From a virus (Duplodnaviria; Caudoviricetes), in IMG/VR virus record IMGVR_UViG_3300032314_000024, positions 1 to 31,122 of that record: a stretch of DNA of 31,122 nucleotides. The stretch is one strand, 5' to 3'. Shown piece after piece: positions 1-6,800 of this stretch. A program made the translations under genes and the position numbers. The number at the start of each line of letters is the position of its first letter. The stretch's first letter is position 1. The notes under the pieces are model-generated. The model did not search any database. It was not told the DNA's origin and saw only the letters and a list, made by a program, of their open reading frames with translations.

Positions 1-910
1 CATCCTGATTGATCAGGGTCTGGCCGCCTCGAGGACTAACCTTATCCATTGTCTCGGCTTGAGCTGCAACCTTATAGGGAACCTCGTTGCCAAGGCTCTG
101 AACCCATTTCTGGGCACCCTTAAGCGGCGCAGGCTTCTCTGGCGCAGGGGGGGTTGGCGCGGGAAGGTTGCCAGGCACCTTGGGAGGGGCACCCTTGGCT
201 TCCATCGCGGCTATCTGCCTTGCTGCGGCCGCCCTCGCCTTTTCCTCTCTCAGGATGCGATCCTCAACTGCAGTGGCCTGCTTGCGTACATAACCAGCGC
301 CAAGACCCGCGGTTCCGCCAAGTGCTGCTGCGGTTAAGACGTCATCCTTACGCCCCTCCGTCTCTTCTTTCTGGATCTCTTCTGGACTTTTTGGGGTTTC
401 TGCAGTTGGCTGCGCTACCGGAATCTCTGCCGCAGGGGGGACCTCTACCGGCTCTTCTTGCGGTTGCGCCTCACCGAAGCCGCCGTAGGACTTGATGCGC
501 TTGAGGTAGTCCTTAGTCTCCTGCGGAAGATCACCCTCGCCAGTCTTAAAGAAGTCGTGATTAGGTCCCCAGTTGTACTTGGCAGCGGCAATCGCAGGGT
601 CGTTGTCACTTCGATCCAGCATATCCTTGAGGACGGTTACCCCAGCGGCGATGTTCTTCTCAGGATCGTGCAAATCCTTTGGGTTGAATCCGTACTGCTT
701 CGCGGTTGCAGGCATAACTTGCATGACCCCGACAGCTTTCTTGGGGCTCATGACGATCTTGCCATTAGGATTGAAGTGGCGCAGCTCACTCTCAGCAAAT
801 GCCATAGAAAGCGCCAGATCCTTGTCAACGCCCAGCTCCTCGGCCTTAGCAGACACAAGGGCGGCGATCTTTTTCTGGTTGTCGTCGAGGTCTTGGATGA
901 AGAAAGCCAT
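1..910 (-). CDS. Virion-associated lytic transglycosylase (SLT/GH23 domain) ejection protein, C-terminus beyond the window edge
   Basis: Not in the ORF track; translated by hand from ATG at 910 with no stop to position 1: MAFFIQDLDDNQKKIAALVSAKAEELGVDKDLALSMAFAESELRHF...AVGVMQVMPATAKQYG...DPEKNIAAG...AAKYNWGP...LPQETKDYLKRI. It shows the SLT motifs ES (catalytic Glu), GxMQ, A(K)YNxG and ETxxY, then a Pro/Ala/Glu-rich linker. Confidence 0.92.
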   Translation of the reverse strand, partial: MAFFIQDLDDNQKKIAALVSAKAEELGVDKDLALSMAFAESELRHFNPNGKIVMSPKKAVGVMQVMPATAKQYGFNPKDLHDPEKNIAAGVTVLKDMLDRSDNDPAIAAAKYNWGPNHDFFKTGEGDLPQETKDYLKRIKSYGGFGEAQPQEEPVEVPPAAEIPVAQPTAETPKSPEEIQKEETEGRKDDVLTAAALGGTAGLGAGYVRKQATAVEDRILREEKARAAAARQIAAMEAKGAPPKVPGNLPAPTPPAPEKPAPLKGAQKWVQSLGNEVPYKVAAQAETMDKVSPRGGQTLINQD

Positions 911-920
911 AGCGCCCTCG

Positions 921-2834
921 TTACTGAAGCAGGGAGTTGATCTTGTTGCGGATGGTTGACATCGGCGTCTCTGACTTCGTCTCCGTCTTTGTCGCGGGCT
1001 TGCCTAGCTTAATCGTCTCTCCGATTTTCTCAAGCTGCTTACCGTAACTGCTCTCAATCTGATTATAGGCATCGGTCCGGTTAAATTGCTCAACCGTGCC
1101 ATCCGGGTGCTTGTCTTTCCAGGTCTGGAAGGTTTTGATGTAGCGATCCTTCATGTCGGCCTGAGCAAATGCAAGCTGGGCCTTGTACAGCAAGGCACTA
1201 GCCGGATCCTTGTAGACAGAGCCGTTAATTTCTGCAACCAGCTCGCGCTCATTGTTAGATACCGGACCCTGACCACTGAGGAAAGTCTTGGCCGCGGCAA
1301 GGTTAATCTTTCCAATCGTTGAACTAGCGACGTTTAGCTTGTTAATCTGATCTTGAGTAGCTTTGGCCTGCACTAAAGCCTTCTGGAGGTTTGCAATATT
1401 TACTGAGTTACCAGCAACATTAAATCCGCCGCTTGCAACTTCCAAGACTGCAGCCTTAAGACCAGGCTTGGCTGTCGGACCCAGAACCTGCTGAATACCT
1501 TCATCAGAGAAGATTTCAATTAGTTTTTTTGCGTTTGCTTTTTGCTCAAAAACCTCAGGCTTTGAATCAACAATGCTCTTTTGCAACTTTTGTTCTTCTT
1601 TCAACTTCTCAATTTGCACAGACTTTTTGGTTTCCAGTTCGCTCTCCATCTCCGCCTGCTCTCTTCTTTTTCGAGCTTCGGCCTCTTGCGTAGACTCTCC
1701 GACAGGAGTCGGTTTTGTTGCCGCGGCAGCAGTCGTAAGAGGGCCGGCAGAAGGAGCTGGAGCCGCAGGAGCAGGGAGTGCTGTCGCCGCCTGCACAGGG
1801 GGTGGAGCAATCGGAGAACCAAATCTGCCTTGGGTAAGAAAGCGAGCCCATTTCTCCGATTCTTTTACGTCGTTATTCTCTAATGCTGTGTAATATCTAC
1901 GAATATTAACCGGGTCACCCAAGAAAGTTTGGCCGTTAATATTAACTTTCTCACCGCCCGGAAACCAAATTGGCACTGGTTTTCCGCTTGACATATCAAT
2001 CACAGTGCCGTCTTGCAGAGTCTTTATGTTTCCTTGAGCAAGCTTACCCTGCTCTACTTTAAGATTCTCCCGCGCAACTTCCATGCCCTGAACATTTTTG
2101 TCATACTCAACCGCGGCCTTTATTGCCTCCGCCGGGTTGCCTGTTTTGGCTAAAGCAAAGTAATAGACCTGTTGGGCTTTCGGAGAAAACTGATATCCCG
2201 AAGGAGCAGCGGGCGGCGCGGCAGCAGCGGCAAGAGGGGAAGCGGGCGGTGGCGCAGCAGGAGGTTGTAAAGGAGGTGGTGCTGCAGGAGGGGGCGCTGC
2301 AGGAGGTTGTGGTGCGGCTGCTTGCGCTAAAGGAGGTAGGGGAGGAGTGTTTGCAGAAACGGGCTCCATTGAAAGGGGGCTGGCTTTTACCACCGGCGGA
2401 GTAACCGGGCCAGACTCTACAGGCGCCTGAGCCGCAGCCGCTAACGGACTGGGTGGGGCTGGTTGCGGTGCGGCTTGCGGTAATCCACCGGCTGGGGGCT
2501 CCCCTGATCCGAAGTTTACAGCCTTATCAAGTAGTTTTTTGTTTTGCGCCAACTCAATCCGCTGGCGCTCAATGTCAAACATCTTCTGAGCAATACCCTG
2601 CTCCTGGGCCTGTTCCGCCTCTTGAGCTTTACCGACTGCACCGGCGACCCGACCAATAGCCTCAAATGCGCTACCCGTCTTTGAAGGCGTAGCAAAGGCC
2701 TGAGCGGCGGCCATCCATGTCGGGTCGAAGACTCTATTCTTGCGCTGGTCAAGAGAGTCAACAAGCCGCTGATAGGCCTCGTCTAGCCGTTGCTGCTGCT
2801 CTTCATCGGTAATGATAGGAGTCTTGGTCGCCAT
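921..2834 (-). CDS. Putative internal virion/DNA ejection protein (helical, with Pro/Ala-rich linkers)
   Basis: 637-aa ORF with a coiled-coil-like N-terminus, APPP-rich low-complexity segments and a helical C-terminus. It lies between a pilot-like protein and the SLT protein; function inferred from position and composition. Confidence 0.65.
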   Translation of the reverse strand: MATKTPIITDEEQQQRLDEAYQRLVDSLDQRKNRVFDPTWMAAAQAFATPSKTGSAFEAIGRVAGAVGKAQEAEQAQEQGIAQKMFDIERQRIELAQNKKLLDKAVNFGSGEPPAGGLPQAAPQPAPPSPLAAAAQAPVESGPVTPPVVKASPLSMEPVSANTPPLPPLAQAAAPQPPAAPPPAAPPPLQPPAAPPPASPLAAAAAPPAAPSGYQFSPKAQQVYYFALAKTGNPAEAIKAAVEYDKNVQGMEVARENLKVEQGKLAQGNIKTLQDGTVIDMSSGKPVPIWFPGGEKVNINGQTFLGDPVNIRRYYTALENNDVKESEKWARFLTQGRFGSPIAPPPVQAATALPAPAAPAPSAGPLTTAAAATKPTPVGESTQEAEARKRREQAEMESELETKKSVQIEKLKEEQKLQKSIVDSKPEVFEQKANAKKLIEIFSDEGIQQVLGPTAKPGLKAAVLEVASGGFNVAGNSVNIANLQKALVQAKATQDQINKLNVASSTIGKINLAAAKTFLSGQGPVSNNERELVAEINGSVYKDPASALLYKAQLAFAQADMKDRYIKTFQTWKDKHPDGTVEQFNRTDAYNQIESSYGKQLEKIGETIKLGKPATKTETKSETPMSTIRNKINSLLQ

Positions 2835-2842
2835 AGAGATCC

Positions 2843-3859
2843 TTAACCGGGTGGAGTTGCATATTGATCAACAACCGTGTCTAATTCCGCCTCTGGATTG
2901 TCAGACCCGGTGCCATAACTTCCCCAGCCAGCAGTATTTGTCCAGTTATACTGAGGGTTGCTGCCAATAAAGCTAGTGACATACCCTTTAATATTGTTGC
3001 CAGCGCTTTTGAGGCCCTCAAGGAACTTGGCTTTGTCAGTGCCACCAAGAACTGAAATGATTGACCCAAGCTTCTCAAAGTCGCTCATGCCAAACTGGCC
3101 CTGCTGTCCAGGCTTAACAATCGTCTGAGTCTTGTCATTCGGCAGCGTATATCCTCTCAAGAGCCCTGCGACGTTAGATGCCGCGGTGAGGGGGGCCTCG
3201 AGCTTCTGCTGCTCATACTTCTGACGCTCTGCTCCGGCGGTCGTCAAGGCCTTAGCACCAGCCAATCCAAGTGTCTGCTCTTGCGCCGCCAAGTCACCCT
3301 GCAACTTACCTGCGGCAACCTGATTCTGCTGTTCTTGGAGCAGACTCTTCATGGCGTCGCTATAGCCGCTCTCTAGCAGCTTGCCCTGCTGACCAGACAA
3401 GTTCGCCGCGGTATCCGTCATCGCCTGACCGAGTGCGCCTGCATAACGCGAGGAGCCCAATGCACCCGAGCCAACAAACTGACCGGTGATCTGCGGAAGG
3501 ATGTTTCTTTGTAAATTCAATCCGCTCTGACGCGCCAGCTCCTGCACGACGTTCTGCGTATAGGGGTTCATAAGCTGCTGTAGGCGCTCAGGAGTGATCC
3601 CTGCTGCGGCAGCATTGGCCGTCTGAGTTGCGCTTGCCAGGCCCGGTTTATAGGCCCCTGCGGCACCTTCAATCTGACCATAACCCTGCGTCTGCATCGG
3701 GTCATAGCCTGCGACCAATTGATCAGGAGTCTTCTTGAGATAATCCTGACCAACAGACGACAGCCCGGTCGCTACATTGGTATACCAATCCGGCAGCTTG
3801 TCGGTGGTGGTCTGGGTCTCTGTGACATTTGGTAGCGCGTTGCCCTGCAGAAATCCCAT
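2843..3859 (-). CDS. Putative DNA pilot/ejection protein
   Basis: 338 aa, Gln/Ala/Gly-rich, with MNPYxxxVV and GALGSSR motifs typical of podoviral DNA-transfer proteins. Starts MG. TAATG overlap with the upstream gene at 3857-3861. Confidence 0.7.
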   Translation of the reverse strand: MGFLQGNALPNVTETQTTTDKLPDWYTNVATGLSSVGQDYLKKTPDQLVAGYDPMQTQGYGQIEGAAGAYKPGLASATQTANAAAAGITPERLQQLMNPYTQNVVQELARQSGLNLQRNILPQITGQFVGSGALGSSRYAGALGQAMTDTAANLSGQQGKLLESGYSDAMKSLLQEQQNQVAAGKLQGDLAAQEQTLGLAGAKALTTAGAERQKYEQQKLEAPLTAASNVAGLLRGYTLPNDKTQTIVKPGQQGQFGMSDFEKLGSIISVLGGTDKAKFLEGLKSAGNNIKGYVTSFIGSNPQYNWTNTAGWGSYGTGSDNPEAELDTVVDQYATPPG

Positions 3860-6800
3860 TATTTTCTCCGCTTCAGGTAATCAAGTGGCGACAGAGCTTT
3901 AGGTGGAAGGCTCTTCGGGTGGGCAGACCTGGCACGGTTACGAATTTCGTGCATCATCTTGTACAACTGATCGCTCCCAGCCTTAGTTGAGCCGTTACCC
4001 AAGGCAGCCACGACGTCAGCGGGAATAACAAACTCGCCATCCGCTAGCATCGCGGGAATGTCGTCAGACTGCCCATCACCAGGCCCTGAGACGGCATCAC
4101 CCTTGCGGAAGTCCTGCCTGATTTTACCAGACTTATATAGCGATCCGAAGGCTTTCGTTAAACCTCCTTTGGCGAATCCTGGTTCCTCAGACGGCGCCTC
4201 CTCTGAATTACCAATAATTTGGTCAATCGGGGTGCTTGATCCGTACTCGTAATATTTCTGGCTAGGCACAGGAGCCTCCTGTTTAGTGTCTGCTTCAACT
4301 TTATTGAAAAACTGATCAAGGATGCCCTTATAGACCGGCGCACCACCAATTATAGGTCTAACATAATCTGCAAATGTTGAATCCGTTACAGGCGCAATTG
4401 CAGGGGTAGAGAATTGGAATCCTGCTCTGGTCCCTGTTGATCCGGTTGGAGTTGATACGCCGACAGTGGTCGTTGGTGAAGTTGTTGGCGTGATTGACGA
4501 TGAGGAGGTAACCGGGACCCCAGTCGTTAACGTCAGCAGGGTTGAAGACGTCGGGGGCGGGGAAGACAGCGGCGGTGATGATAGTGGCAGCGAGGATGAC
4601 GGCGGAGATGATGGCGGCGGTGAGGATGGTGGGGAAGATGGCGGCGAAGATGGTGGCGACGTTAGCGGTGGAGTCGGGGTTACGTTAATAGAAGCCGTCA
4701 CCTCAACAGAAGCGGTTACCTCAGCGGAAGGAGTGACGCTAGTAGATGGCGTTACCTCAGTGGAAGGAGTGACGCTAGTAGATGGGGTTACCTCAGTGGA
4801 AGGAGTGACGTTAGTAGTTGGGGTTACCTCAGCGGAAGGGGTGACGTTAGTAGTTGGAGTGACGTTAGTAGTAGGGGTGACGTTGGTTGTAGGCGTTACA
4901 TTTGTCGTAGGTGTGACGTTAGTAGTTGGGGTTACGTTCGTAGTAGGGGTTACTTTGACCGTGTTTTTAATTGACTGAGAGATGGAAATGGATATTGACT
5001 TTGATACAGACGCCGAGATGGAGTTGGATATAGAGGCCGACACAGAGACAGCCTTGGAGTTGGCAATAGACGCCGAGCTGGACGCCGATATGGATGCAGA
5101 GACCGAGTTAGAGATGGACTTTGCAATAGATCCAGAAATTGAGTTTGCAATAGACGCGGAGGTGGACGCCGTGATAGACGCAGACTGAGTAGCCTTCAGA
5201 GCGGATATGCTTGCCGACCTGAATGCAGAAATTGAGTTGGACAGCGATATTGAGGCTGCCTTAGAAGCATTCTGAGACTCCTTAATCGCTGACGCACTGA
5301 TTGACCTTGCGATTGACCCGGATATAGAGTTGGCGATTGAGTTGGACACCGAAGCGTTTTGTGAAGCCCTAATCGCTGACGCGCTGATTGACCTTGCTAT
5401 CGACCCTGATATAGATGCAGATACTGAGTTAGAGACAGAGGCGTTTTGTGAGGCCTTGATCGCTGATGCGCTGATTGACCTAGCGATTGAATTTGATATA
5501 GACGCAGAGTTTGCCGCTGCTATTGAGTTTGATACCGAAGCATCTCTGGAGGCCTTGGCCGCTGACAAGCTTAACGACTGAGAAATAGACGAGGCGACAG
5601 AGTTGGATATTGAGTTGGAAATTGATGCGTTTTGAGAAGCCCTAACAGCGGATAAGCTAATTGACCTGGAGATGGACTCGGAAACGGATGCTGCTACAGA
5701 GCTAGATATAGATGCGCTTTGGGACGCCTTGACGACAGACAGACTAAGAGATTTAGAGATAGACCCAGAGACCGACGCCGCTATGGAGTTAGATATTGAC
5801 GCCTCTCTTGCCGCCTTGACAATTGATGCGCTGATTGAGTGAACAACCGAGAGCGATACGGAGTTTGATTGTTCAATGAAGTGAGAGATTGAATTCTGGA
5901 TGTCCTTTGAGACGCTGATCGAGTTTGATATGGAGTTCTTGACTGAGTTAGATACCCTGTTTGACTCAGAGATTGAGTTAGAAATTGACGCCTTAACGTC
6001 CTTAGAGTTCTGGATGGACTGAGAGATGGAGTTCGCAACAGAAGTGGAGATTCTTCTTGACTCAGAAATTGAGTTGGATATTGAAGCGCTTTGAGAGGCC
6101 TTGATGGAGTTGGATATTGAGGTCTGTACGTCTTGAGAATTCTTGATGGACTGAGAGATAGAGTTGGAAATTGAGGTCTGGATGTCCTTGGAATTCTGGA
6201 TGGATTGAGAGATAGAGTTGGCGATCGACGCAGATACTCTGTTGGATTCGGATATGGAGTTTGAGATAGAGGTTTGAATATCTTGCGAGTTCTTGATGGA
6301 CTGAGAGATGGAGTTGGCGACAGACGTAGAGATTCTGTTTGACTCGGCGACCGAGCTGCTGATTGAGTTAGAGATGGAAGCGTTTTGAGAGGTTTTAATG
6401 GAATTGGATATTGAGGTCTGAATGTCCTGAGAACTTTTGATTGACTGTGCAATTGAGTTTGATATTGAAGTTTTTAGATCGTTAACCGCTTTTATTGACT
6501 GAGATATTGAGTTTGATATTGAGGCGTCTTTAGAGGCTTTGAGCGCCGATACGCTTGCAGATACAGAAATTGATCTGGAGGCGACTACAGAATTACTAAC
6601 CGAAATAGAAATTGACCTAGAGACAACGGCCTGAGAAGCAAAAATAGAACGAGAGATGGAGCTTGATACCTCAACGCTTTTTGCAACAGAAGCCACGATA
6701 GACCTGCTATTGCTTATTGAGGCAACTATTGATGTGCTCGCGTATACACTAACGCTCTTAGATGTTGAAATGCTGTTGCTTATTGATGCGGCAATTGAGG

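Noticed and set aside
59-959. Plus-strand ORFs 59-337, 154-495, 458-940 and 573-959
   Set aside because: They overlap the minus-strand SLT gene, which has clear catalytic motifs.
4466-5581. Plus-strand ORFs (4466-4978, 4982-5188, 5330-5581) with acidic repeat translations
   Set aside because: Antisense shadows of the Ser/Thr/Pro repeats of the 1961-aa gene, with no independent support.
5781-6452. 223-aa alternative-frame minus-strand ORF inside the Ser-rich region
   Set aside because: Expected by-product of repetitive TCN-rich sequence lacking stops. It has a TTG start and I saw no convincing RBS or entry frameshift.
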